From IMG/VR virus record IMGVR_UViG_3300005253_000361, positions 53,124-117,123 of that record: 64,000 bases of DNA. One strand, given 5' to 3'. Shown here in pieces: positions 36,905 to 45,448 of this stretch. A program made the position numbers and the translations under genes. Positions within the stretch are counted from its first letter, which is position 1, and the number at the start of each line of letters is the position of its first letter. The notes beneath the pieces were generated by a model. That model was not told where the DNA came from. It made no database searches and worked only from the letters and a program-made list of their open reading frames with translations. The DNA comes from a virus.

Positions 36905-37043
36905 ACAACGCCTGAATCAGACCTCGAATTTGCGTTGACCCAATACTCGTGGGCAGGTCAAAGCGGCAGGGCCTCTCCTTGTGCTTCAGCCTGCGGATAA
37001 TCTGCAGGGTTCGAGCTTCAAGCTTCTTCTGATCGAGCTTCAT
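36870..37043 (-). CDS. Small hypothetical protein (57 aa)
   Basis: Manual call: MKLDQKKLEART...; GGAGG RBS and ATGA coupling. Confidence 0.55.
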   Translation of the reverse strand: MKLDQKKLEARTLQIIRRLKHKERPCRFDLPTSIGSTQIRGLIQALCEQINGEDSDG

Positions 37044-37204
37044 CGAACCTCCTCCACCTTCCAGCCTTTCGAGGCGCTTCGCTTTTGTCGGCAGCTACAC
37101 CCCTTGGTAAGCCGCTGATCTCGAGTAACTACAACCCGGCAAAAGCACCCAAATAAATCGTCGTGCACACGACGGTCATGCCCGCAGGCGGTGCAGAGCT
37201 TCAT
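37040..37204 (-). CDS. Small Cys/His-rich protein (54 aa)
   Basis: Manual call: MKLCTACGHDRRVHDDLFGC...GCSC...KVEEVR; ATGA-coupled at both ends. Confidence 0.55.
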   Translation of the reverse strand: MKLCTACGHDRRVHDDLFGCFCRVVVTRDQRLTKGCSCRQKRSASKGWKVEEVR

Positions 37205-37380
37205 CGAATTTTCCCTTTTAAAAACTCAAGTACGCTAAGGTCCCAGACATCAGTCGCGCTCGGGAACGACACGGCCACCGAAAGCGCCCGCCAGCGAGAG
37301 AGGCGAAACGGAACCAGTCGAAAATTGTGATAGTCGTACCAGAGAACTCGAAGTCGCCGGCATACCCACAGAGTCTTCAT
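37201..37380 (-). CDS. Small hypothetical protein (59 aa)
   Basis: Manual call: MKTLWVCRRL...KGKIR; ATGA-coupled to SbcC stop. Confidence 0.45.
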   Translation of the reverse strand: MKTLWVCRRLRVLWYDYHNFRLVPFRLSRWRALSVAVSFPSATDVWDLSVLEFLKGKIR

Positions 37381-39254
37381 CGAACCTCCTCCACCTTCCC
37401 GATCTCAATCCGTTCGCCGTCCAGGATTCCGATATCGAAATGGCTGAGCACCAGAACCTGGTCGACGTTAATCTCGCCGAGCAACATCCCGAGCGCATCA
37501 CGGTTGTCTTCGTCGATGCGGTCCAGGACCCCGTCAAGGATCATGAGATTGCCGAAGCCAATCCGCTTCGACAGGTACTCAGCGATCGCGATCCGGAGGC
37601 AGACACACACCGTGTCGACTTGCCCGGTCGAGAAATCGGCAAGCGGATTGCCGTTGATATGGAACTCCAGATCTTCGTTGACTGTGAGACGCCAGTCGCG
37701 GCCGGCCGCCCCGTAGAGCAGACGCGTGGCCCGGTCCGCAACCCACCCGAGCGACGCCGCCATGACGCTGTCTCGGAAGTCCGGCAGGGCCTTCGTGAGC
37801 GTCTCCATGGTGTCGCGTTTGACCCGGAGCCGATCCGCCTTCCTGAGTTCCTTCTCGGCCTTGTCCAGCTTGAAGGCAGCCTCGTCGACGGCCCGGTCGG
37901 CCACCGTGACCCGTCCCAGGGCAAGCCCGTGGGCTTGCGTGGTTGAATCCAGCTGGCGCTCCTCGGCCCTGAGGTCACGCTCGGCGGTGTCGTCCACCTC
38001 CGGCAACTGCTCCAGCGCCGTGGCCACCTCAGCGAGCTTCACCTTGTAGCGATCCCGCTTCTCCTCCAGCTCCTTCTTGCGAGCCGTGGCGGACGCCGCT
38101 TCCGACTCAGCACGATCCGCGGCCTGAAGCTCGGCAACGACCTGCTCTCGTTCCATCGCCAGGTCGTAAGCCGCGCGATTCGCCTCCTCCGCGGCCACTT
38201 GGGCTGCGGCGCACTCGTCTGTCAGCGTACCGAGTTCGGCATCAACAGCCTCCAGAGCCGCAGCCTTGTTGCGAATGCCCCGGAGGCACAGAGGACACTT
38301 TCCTCCGTCAAGTGCATCGCGGTTCTCGGCGAGAAAGTCCCGCTGACCTGAAAGGGCCGTGGACCCCAACACACACGCGCGCGCTTCCTCGTTGGCCTCG
38401 GCGAGCCTGGTATCGATCTCTTCCAGGCTCGGCAAGTCCTGCGGATCCGGCACCTCCGGTGCCACGATCCCGGCGGCCAGCATCTCGCACTCCTCGACGA
38501 TATCAGCGAACCGGATCACGTCAGCCTCCAGGGCCGTGCGTTCCCGTACCGCGTCACCGGAGAATGCGGCGCGAAGCTCCTCCACCTTCGCTGCCTGATG
38601 GGTCTTGTCTACCTCCACCGCTGCGGCCGCGACCTTCAGTCCGTCCAGCTCATCGAGCGCATCCGTGGTGAGGGTGGCGTACCCCTCCACCATCTCAGCC
38701 GTCGGAGCCTGCAGACACTGTTGGGCATAATCCGCGTGCACCATCCGAACCGCCTTGATGACGCCGTCCAAGTCCTCGAGACGGAACAGCGAAGCCACCA
38801 GCTTCTTCCGCACCGACGGGATGGCGAACACAAAATAGTCCAACTCCTTCTGGGCGGCGTACTGGACCGAGAAGCCCTCCAGATCAAGCCCGAGCGACTC
38901 CAGATACTGCTGAACGCCAGACGAGCTGTCGGCCAACGTGTCGGTGGCGGTCTCGACCCAGGCCTTACTCCCGCCGGACTGCAATAGCTCCCGGACGAAC
39001 AGATGGTCAAGCCCGTCAAGCGCGATCACAACCTCGACCCGACACTTCTCCGCGCCGTATCGGATCAGGCGTTTCTGTTGCTTCGCCTGCACCCCCTGTG
39101 CCCCCCAGAGGCACCACGCGATCGCCTCAGCGATCGAGGTCTTGCCGGCGCCGTTCGGTCCAACCAGCACGGTGGTGCCGAGACCAAACTCCAGCGAAAG
39201 ATCCTCGTGAACCTTGAAATTTTTAATCGCCACAGACCGCAGTTGCGCGCTCAT
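37377..39254 (-). CDS. SbcC/Rad50/gp46-like SMC ATPase
   Basis: IKNFKVH, GPNGAGKTS, coiled coils with CPLC zinc hook, C-terminal ABC half. Confidence 0.92.
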   Translation of the reverse strand: MSAQLRSVAIKNFKVHEDLSLEFGLGTTVLVGPNGAGKTSIAEAIAWCLWGAQGVQAKQQKRLIRYGAEKCRVEVVIALDGLDHLFVRELLQSGGSKAWVETATDTLADSSSGVQQYLESLGLDLEGFSVQYAAQKELDYFVFAIPSVRKKLVASLFRLEDLDGVIKAVRMVHADYAQQCLQAPTAEMVEGYATLTTDALDELDGLKVAAAAVEVDKTHQAAKVEELRAAFSGDAVRERTALEADVIRFADIVEECEMLAAGIVAPEVPDPQDLPSLEEIDTRLAEANEEARACVLGSTALSGQRDFLAENRDALDGGKCPLCLRGIRNKAAALEAVDAELGTLTDECAAAQVAAEEANRAAYDLAMEREQVVAELQAADRAESEAASATARKKELEEKRDRYKVKLAEVATALEQLPEVDDTAERDLRAEERQLDSTTQAHGLALGRVTVADRAVDEAAFKLDKAEKELRKADRLRVKRDTMETLTKALPDFRDSVMAASLGWVADRATRLLYGAAGRDWRLTVNEDLEFHINGNPLADFSTGQVDTVCVCLRIAIAEYLSKRIGFGNLMILDGVLDRIDEDNRDALGMLLGEINVDQVLVLSHFDIGILDGERIEIGKVEEVR

Positions 39255-39487
39255 CGTCCAAGCTCCTTCGTGCGGCGTCGCAGTGCGGACAGCAAGGTGG
39301 CAACGGTAGCCGTGGCACTAACGAACTGGTTGACCTCACAACTCAACACACCCGGCCGAAAAGCTTCTTCGCAGCAGAGCGCCGGGCGCCCGCAGGCTTC
39401 GCACCGGTGCACCGGAGGCGAAAGCGAAGGGCCGTCACCCAAGAATTCACTGAGAGGGATTGGTTTGAACTCGAAATCGTTAGTCAT
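39251..39487 (-). CDS. Small Cys-containing hypothetical protein
   Basis: MTNDFEFKP...CEACGRPALCC; ATGA-coupled between SbcD and SbcC. Confidence 0.55.
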   Translation of the reverse strand: MTNDFEFKPIPLSEFLGDGPSLSPPVHRCEACGRPALCCEEAFRPGVLSCEVNQFVSATATVATLLSALRRRTKELGR

Positions 39488-40494
39488 CGTCCAATCTCCC
39501 TCAAAAAGTGGCGGCCGTACCGGAACACCTGAGGAGATAGCTTCTGCCGGTTGCAAAATTCCTCCCAGGAGGTCGCGACCTCTGCGGTGCCCAGGTTGAC
39601 CTGGGCTGCCACGTCGGGGCGACCAAGAAACTCCCGCTGGATCAGCGGGTGGAAATCGAGACACTTCGGATCGATCCGGGTCGGATCTCCTGCCATCCGG
39701 AGCCGAATCGCAGCCGACTCAAACCCCTCCAGCACCTCCCGCAGCTTTTCCTCCGGGCGGTCCCAGGTATCGAGGTCGAAGTCGATCGTGATGAGCTCGC
39801 GGGCCGGAGAATCCCAGGGCGTCACCTCGCCGGTATCGGTGTCGATGACCAGGATTCCGCAGTCCGAGCCCTGCTCACCAAAATTGAGCCGCTCGAGGCC
39901 GCCGCTGTACCAGGCGCCGGGCATGATCTCCTTACGCTCATGCCAGTCGCCGAGCGCCAGGTAGGACCAGTTGTCCGGGATGCCCTCGTAGATAGCCCGC
40001 GGATGTCGGTCACTGAAAATCGCTGGCGGGTAGGGCGCGTGCACCACCAGGAAGTCGCCCTCAGGGAGCGCGGCCCAGTCGAGCGGGATGTTGTCCCAGC
40101 CCTGGTAGACGAAACGGAAGCCGTCGATGTCCTCGGTGAACTCGCCGGCGTGCATCATCTGCAGCCGACCGGTTGAATCCGTGGCCTGCAGCGCGGCGAA
40201 GATATGACACCGTTCAGACTTGGGCGTATCGTGCTGGCCGGAAATAATCCGTACCGAGATCCCCTCGCGGGTCAGACGGGTGATGCCCGTAATAGCCGCG
40301 AGTAGGGTTTCGTTATCGGGGTCAGGGCTGTCGAAAAAGTCGCCCGGAAACAGAGCCACCCGACAGCCCCGATCGATGATCGTGTCGACCGCCGCGAGGA
40401 AGCAGTTGATCACGTCCTCCTTGCGGCGGGCGCTCCGGGCACCACCGAACCGCCCGAACCCCAGGTGTACGTCTGAACAATGTGCGATCTTCAT
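39484..40494 (-). CDS. SbcD/Mre11/gp47-like metallophosphoesterase nuclease
   Basis: HCSDVHLG, GDFFD, GQHD, VVH, ALGDWH, YSGG. Confidence 0.92.
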   Translation of the reverse strand: MKIAHCSDVHLGFGRFGGARSARRKEDVINCFLAAVDTIIDRGCRVALFPGDFFDSPDPDNETLLAAITGITRLTREGISVRIISGQHDTPKSERCHIFAALQATDSTGRLQMMHAGEFTEDIDGFRFVYQGWDNIPLDWAALPEGDFLVVHAPYPPAIFSDRHPRAIYEGIPDNWSYLALGDWHERKEIMPGAWYSGGLERLNFGEQGSDCGILVIDTDTGEVTPWDSPARELITIDFDLDTWDRPEEKLREVLEGFESAAIRLRMAGDPTRIDPKCLDFHPLIQREFLGRPDVAAQVNLGTAEVATSWEEFCNRQKLSPQVFRYGRHFLREIGR

Positions 40495-41503
40495 GCTCCC
40501 CCTCCTTCGGTCAAATCAAAGGGACGTGTGCCCGAGAGCAGCGCGTTCCCACAGGTGATCCGCCCCTCATCCTCCTCGCGAGAAGCGATGAAGACCAGAA
40601 CGTCGTAGCCGTGTTCAACCAGCCGCTCCTCGGTCCATCGGTAGGGCTCGAACGTGGTGTAGTCGCCCTCGGTCTCGATCCCGTTGCCCAGCGCCGCATC
40701 GGTGCGGTGCATCGGGGTGAGCTTGATCAGGTAGTGGGCGGGATCGAAGTAGCGCCGCAGCACATACGGATCGATCTCGTACCCGGCGAGCGCGAAGTTG
40801 AGCGTGATCTTCCGCCCGAGCGGGTCCGCCAACCCCTCCAGCATCTGACCGATATCGGCGAGCGATAGTGCGTTGCCGTTGAACATGTCGACACGCTCGG
40901 TCTCCGACGTCGAGTTGATACTCAGCTGCAGCCCCGCGTTGCCCCGGTAGATGTCGTTCTTGACTACCTCCAGCCAACGCTGCAGGAAGTCGCGCAGATA
41001 GACGTTGTGGCGCGGCATCATCGTGGAGACCACCGGATGAACTCGGTACGCCGGCCAGAGGTGGTCGTAGAACCAACAGGCCGCGTTGAGAACATGGGGG
41101 TTCCAAGTCGGTTCCCCCATCCGGGCAAAGTGAATATTCAGCCGGTCGCTCCACGGGACCTCCGGGTGGAGCGCCAGCCCCATCTGCACCTGCCGGATCA
41201 TGTCGTTCAGGGTGGCGTTCTTCCCCGGCCCCACCTTGGGTACGTCGCAGAAATTGCAACCCATCGAGCAGCCGTACTGGGTCGAGATCGTGATGACCCA
41301 CTTCTGGTAAAGCGGCAACAGATCGGTGTGCTGCACCGTACCGAGCGGGCGCGTCAACCCCATCGCGTCACACTTGACGTTGACGCCCTTCCCGTAGTCC
41401 CCCAGGGACAACAGCTCGAGTGAACCGTAGTCGCCCTGAACCACCAGGATGTCCCCCGTCGGGACCTCCACGCGCTCAATAATCTTCATGCTCCCCCTCC
41501 TTC
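40487..41503. repeat. 22-bp exact direct repeat (40487-40508 and 41482-41503) flanking the radical SAM gene
   Basis: ATCTTCATGCTCCCCCTCCTTC at both ends. Confidence 0.9.
40491..41489 (-). CDS. RlmN/Cfr-like radical SAM enzyme
   Basis: ISTQYGCSMGCNFC (CxxxCxxC), RMGEP, LQLSINS, C-terminal ITCGN. Confidence 0.85.
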   Translation of the reverse strand: MKIIERVEVPTGDILVVQGDYGSLELLSLGDYGKGVNVKCDAMGLTRPLGTVQHTDLLPLYQKWVITISTQYGCSMGCNFCDVPKVGPGKNATLNDMIRQVQMGLALHPEVPWSDRLNIHFARMGEPTWNPHVLNAACWFYDHLWPAYRVHPVVSTMMPRHNVYLRDFLQRWLEVVKNDIYRGNAGLQLSINSTSETERVDMFNGNALSLADIGQMLEGLADPLGRKITLNFALAGYEIDPYVLRRYFDPAHYLIKLTPMHRTDAALGNGIETEGDYTTFEPYRWTEERLVEHGYDVLVFIASREEDEGRITCGNALLSGTRPFDLTEGGGA

Positions 41504-42244
41504 ATCCGGCCGGCGCCACGTCCGTCCCGTCAGGACCTGGCGTACCGTCGAAATTGAAATGTCGTGTTGTGCAGCAAGCTCGACCAGCGAAACCCCCCGG
41601 CCACCCCGGACGCGACGTGGTTGCGTCGTGTACGCCTCACGGATCTCCTGCGCGATTTCGAAGTTGATGCGGGCGTTTCCACAGTGGATGCCGCTAGGAT
41701 GACCGACCTGCTGCACGTTCCACCGCTGCGGTCGAGCCCCCTGGTGCTCCGGGGCCAGACATAGCTGGTCCCCGCAGATGTTGAAGATCTGAATGCCGTC
41801 CGGAACCGCTCCGTAGGTGAGCTCAACCGCGGCACGCCGGGCCGAAACCGAGGTACCGCCGAGTCCCAGCTTTGGCTGCGGGCACGTGTGACCCCGACCG
41901 GCGTGGCCGGCCCAGATCCAACACCCCTCAGGGGAGCGCTCCACCTTCGCGAGCAGCCGATCCCCGACGCCATTCTCGAGCGCGCGACACCGCTCTTCCG
42001 AACGAGCCACCCCCATCGTGGTGCAGTACTGACCCGACAACAGCTTGCTCGCCAGCACCCCCCGGTGGAGCCATGCCGTCAGGGTCTCGATCGTGTGGGT
42101 TTTGACTTCACGCACGACTTCCCGAGTCGACGGGGCGCGGCGGAACACCCCCGCGAGGTCGCAACCCCCCAGTACACCGGTGCCCCCGTCATGCTCCACG
42201 GCACGCTTGAGCGCGATGTCGAACGCCTTAACCTTCAGCCCCAT
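41486..42244 (-). CDS. HNH homing-endonuclease-like protein with C-terminal HTH (degenerate active site)
   Basis: KVERSPEGCWIWAG...ARRAAVELTYGAVPDG...CLAPEH; LAAQHDISISTVRQVLTGRTW. Confidence 0.7.
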   Translation of the reverse strand: MGLKVKAFDIALKRAVEHDGGTGVLGGCDLAGVFRRAPSTREVVREVKTHTIETLTAWLHRGVLASKLLSGQYCTTMGVARSEERCRALENGVGDRLLAKVERSPEGCWIWAGHAGRGHTCPQPKLGLGGTSVSARRAAVELTYGAVPDGIQIFNICGDQLCLAPEHQGARPQRWNVQQVGHPSGIHCGNARINFEIAQEIREAYTTQPRRVRGGRGVSLVELAAQHDISISTVRQVLTGRTWRRPDEGGGA

Positions 42245-42251
42245 AACGGCC

Positions 42252-43082
42252 TCACACGAAGCAATAGCCCGAACACTCTTCCCCCTCGAGATCGAGGTTC
42301 TCCTCGGATAGATCGAGATCGCGAAGCGGCTGGCAGCTCCGGTGGATGTAGAGCTTCGACTCCACCCCACCACGCCGGCGCTTGTCGAAGTCACGAATCG
42401 CTTCGTCGAAGCTGCAGACGTCCTCCCAGTCCTCCGGCCAGTCGGTCTTCATGTAGCGCCAGAAGGCATTGTTGTGGTAGGGGCAGCCGATGCAGCTGGA
42501 CTTCATGACGGGCGGGAAGTCGTTGTCGGCGAGCCAATCGATACAATCCTGGCGCGACATGCTGAGCTCGATCAGCGGATGGCGGTTGATCTGCCAAGGC
42601 AGTCGCGACTGCTTGATCCGAAAGACCTCATCGGTCGAAATGCCGAGCCAGGTCTCGACGAGGTGCTTAGTCTTCGCGTACTTTTTGTACCCGAGGAGCT
42701 CGCGGATCTTCCGACAGATCGGATCGATCTTGTACTCGCGGGTGCACTGCCGACGGAGTCGTCCCTCGCGCTTCTTGTCAGGGTGCTTGGTGAAGAACGG
42801 GATCGCAGCGAACCGGGTCGCGTGCAGGAAGTCGTCGCGGATGTTCCCGACCGAAACCGTATGGATCGTGAAGCCTCGCTCGGCCGCCCACTCGGTCATC
42901 CACCTGACGGTCTCGTAGACCGGCGCGGGCTCCCAGCCGGTGTCGGCGAAGATCGCGCAATCGGCAGCCGGCTCGATCTCCCCCAGGACACTGAGCGCGA
43001 TCATGGCGGTTGACTGGACGCCACCGCCGTACGAGATGGTGCGGTAGTCGGGTGGATTACTCTTGTCTACAAACCGGCCCAT
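42252..43082 (-). CDS. PP-loop ATPase, PAPS-reductase-like family
   Basis: ISYGGGVQSTAM, FADTGWE, RQCTREYKI, LGISTDE, SCIGCPY, terminal ECSGYCFV. Confidence 0.8.
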   Translation of the reverse strand: MGRFVDKSNPPDYRTISYGGGVQSTAMIALSVLGEIEPAADCAIFADTGWEPAPVYETVRWMTEWAAERGFTIHTVSVGNIRDDFLHATRFAAIPFFTKHPDKKREGRLRRQCTREYKIDPICRKIRELLGYKKYAKTKHLVETWLGISTDEVFRIKQSRLPWQINRHPLIELSMSRQDCIDWLADNDFPPVMKSSCIGCPYHNNAFWRYMKTDWPEDWEDVCSFDEAIRDFDKRRRGGVESKLYIHRSCQPLRDLDLSEENLDLEGEECSGYCFV

Positions 43083-43121
43083 AGGACCAGCCCTCCTTCC
43101 CCTCAGTCGGATTTGAACGCG

Positions 43122-43367
43122 CTACTTGCTGGTGTGAACCCGCATTCGATGCCTGCGGACGGGCCTCTTTCGGTTGTGGCGTCGGGAGGCAGCGACTACG
43201 CGCCTCTTGCGTCGGCGTTCCCCGCTCGACAGACGCTTGGGTAGAGTGGCCTTCTCACGGCCGTTATGCCGGTGGATCTTGGGCGGCTTCCAGGCGCGGA
43301 GCAGGTCGCGACCGACCTTCCGCATGACCTCATCCTTACTGCCGAGCAGACGCTCGATGATATTCAA
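43122..43367 (-). CDS. Small Arg-rich protein
   Basis: GGAGGGGG RBS with TTG start; ERRRKRR...RRHNRKR. Confidence 0.5.
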   Translation of the reverse strand: MNIIERLLGSKDEVMRKVGRDLLRAWKPPKIHRHNGREKATLPKRLSSGERRRKRRVVAASRRHNRKRPVRRHRMRVHTSK

Positions 43368-43379
43368 GGTTCCCCCTCC

Positions 43380-43553
43380 TCAGCTGCGCTTCGGCTCCAC
43401 GAAAAACCGGTGACGGTTTCCGCCACTAGCTTCAGTCACGTAGAACCCCCCGCCTACGAACTCCTCAATGTACCGTAGGCTGTCGGCGAGACGCTTGAGA
43501 TGCTCGACCTTCTGCTCTTCGAGTTTGAGTCGCCGCATCTCGTAAGCCTTCAT
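43380..43553 (-). CDS. Hypothetical protein
   Basis: MKAYEMRRLKLEEQK...; ATGA-coupled to NDT. Confidence 0.55.
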   Translation of the reverse strand: MKAYEMRRLKLEEQKVEHLKRLADSLRYIEEFVGGGFYVTEASGGNRHRFFVEPKRS

Positions 43554-44068
43554 CGCTGATCGCCCCCTACCGTGGACTCCGGATCGGGGTCGGTGCAATC
43601 AACTTCTCCCCGAGCCCCAAAAGCCGCCCCCGGGGTAAAAGCGTCGATCGCCTTCTGGGTGTCGCCCGGAGACCACCGAACCATTGCGGCGAGCCGCGCG
43701 ATGGATTCCAGCATCGTGATCCCATCGTTGAGAGTCTCAAGTACGATCGGCCCGGCGTGCTGTATGATGGCGGCGTACTTCTGGAACGACTCATCCCGGA
43801 GCGACTTGCGGTCCACCAGAATGACCCGCTTGCCCAGCCCGAGTCCGTAACCGATCTCGAACGCGGCCCCGATACCCAACGGGTTGTCCTGCTCGATGTA
43901 GGCGAAGATCAGGTCGGCGTGTTGGATGCCGAGCATGTCCCAGAAGGCGTACTGGGCCGGCGGCTTGAGCCCGTGTTGCGCGGGGTTGATATAGCTGTGG
44001 TCCGGGACCGCGGCCATGACGCGGTCCTGCCAGCCGGAGTGCATCCCGCCAGCGAGATAGATGATCAT
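43550..44068 (-). CDS. Nucleoside 2-deoxyribosyltransferase (NDT) family protein
   Basis: IYLAGG, WD..GIQHAD, GAAFEIGYGLGLGKRVILV. Confidence 0.85.
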   Translation of the reverse strand: MIIYLAGGMHSGWQDRVMAAVPDHSYINPAQHGLKPPAQYAFWDMLGIQHADLIFAYIEQDNPLGIGAAFEIGYGLGLGKRVILVDRKSLRDESFQKYAAIIQHAGPIVLETLNDGITMLESIARLAAMVRWSPGDTQKAIDAFTPGAAFGARGEVDCTDPDPESTVGGDQR

Positions 44069-44126
44069 TGGTTCCCCTCTCCTTTATCCCCGACCCCTCA
44101 GTCGGTGGGTAGTTCTGGCCGCGCCA

Positions 44127-44363
44127 CTGACAAGAATGCGCCAGTAACCCGGGGGAATTAGGCTAAAGCGGACTAAAAATGATGGTTACGGGGCCGCAAG
44201 GTGATTTCCCGCTGACCCAACGGGGACAAGGGTTTGCGCCGATTGCCGACCAACGTCGTCAACGCTGCGACCAAAATCAGTAGTACCATCGTGCGCAAGC
44301 ATTTTCCTCTTTATCGTCGACACTTACGAGTTCGCTGTTTTCCGCGCTGACAAGAATGCGCCA
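44127..44363. repeat. Candidate attP region with 17-bp direct repeats
   Basis: CTGACAAGAATGCGCCA at 44127-44143 and 44347-44363, bracketing the non-coding gap after the integrase. Confidence 0.55.
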
Positions 44364-45448
44364 TATTCACTGACCGCCGCCAGCAATATATCGTCTGAAG
44401 TGTGGTCGTACTGCACGGTCGTCCGGATGTCCGCGTGACCCAAGAGCTGCTGCGCCGCCCGAACACCTGACCGCGCCACCACCGACGTTGCGAAGTCATG
44501 CCGCAGTGTGTGCATCACAACATCGTCCGCCAACCCCATCACGCCCCGGTCGGCGAGCCACCACCCGCTGAGCGCTATCGGTAGGATCCCGAGCAACGTG
44601 TTGGAATACTCCGGGGCCCACACGGAGTCTGCCGCGATCGGATGAGCACTCGGGCCGCGTAGCGTCGGGGCGACCGCGATGAACTCGTGGGCAAGGTCGA
44701 CCGTCCCGGGCGACAGCGGAAAGTTACGTACCTTCCCCTTGCCGTTGAGTCGGACGAACGGATGCGGGATCGCGGTGAACTCGAACGACGCCGAGGCGAG
44801 CTTGCACAATTCGGAGCGACGGCATCCGGTCGCGAGCATGAGACGCCACACCGGACTACGGATCCCACCGAACTCCCAGATGGTGGTGCGCTCTTCGTCG
44901 GTCAACGATCGATTCGCCTGCTCGGTCGAGCGAGCTGGCATCGCGCCCTTGACCGGGTTAGTCGTAACATAACCCATCTGCTCCGCAAAGCTGAAGAACG
45001 CCCGAACGATACTGCACTGCAGATAGACCGTCCGGAGGGCTAGCCCGAGCGCCACCTGGTTGACCTTAAACTGAGTGAACTGCGATGTGTTGATCTGGTC
45101 CACGTACCGCCACCCACGCGTCTTGGCGTAACCGACAAACGTCTCGGTCTCACGCTGGTATTTCAAAATCGTTTGCCACGAGAGCCCGTCCGCTTGCCGC
45201 GAGGCCAGAAACAAATCCCGCAGCTCCGTCAGCGAAACACGTTCCTGAAGGACCGGAGGTCCACCCATCAGATAGTAGGCATCGAGCTCACGCACCCGAT
45301 GGAGCGCCGCCTCCTCGGTCCAGAACTCGGGCCGCACGGGGCAACCCCACGAACGTAAAAAGTTGCGCCAGGCTCGGCAGTCCACTACCCACTTTCCGCT
45401 CCCCAGCTTCGTCGCTCGCGGGTGAAACGGTTGCTTCGATCGCGGCAC
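44324..45448 (-). CDS. int: Tyrosine integrase
   Basis: TGCRRSE (R), GKG (K), HTLRHDFAT (HxxR), LLGHADIRTTVQY (H, Y). Confidence 0.93.
   Translation of the reverse strand: MPRSKQPFHPRATKLGSGKWVVDCRAWRNFLRSWGCPVRPEFWTEEAALHRVRELDAYYLMGGPPVLQERVSLTELRDLFLASRQADGLSWQTILKYQRETETFVGYAKTRGWRYVDQINTSQFTQFKVNQVALGLALRTVYLQCSIVRAFFSFAEQMGYVTTNPVKGAMPARSTEQANRSLTDEERTTIWEFGGIRSPVWRLMLATGCRRSELCKLASASFEFTAIPHPFVRLNGKGKVRNFPLSPGTVDLAHEFIAVAPTLRGPSAHPIAADSVWAPEYSNTLLGILPIALSGWWLADRGVMGLADDVVMHTLRHDFATSVVARSGVRAAQQLLGHADIRTTVQYDHTSDDILLAAVSEYGAFLSARKTANS

Larger units (their letters stand above)
37038..37399. repeat. 25-bp exact direct repeat (37038-37062 and 37375-37399)
   Basis: CTTCATCGAACCTCCTCCACCTTCC at both positions. 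Confidence 0.9.

Noticed and set aside
40491-41489. Cfr antibiotic-resistance gene
   Set aside because: Only family-level motifs; lacks the Cys118 equivalent; no evidence of rRNA C8 methylation.
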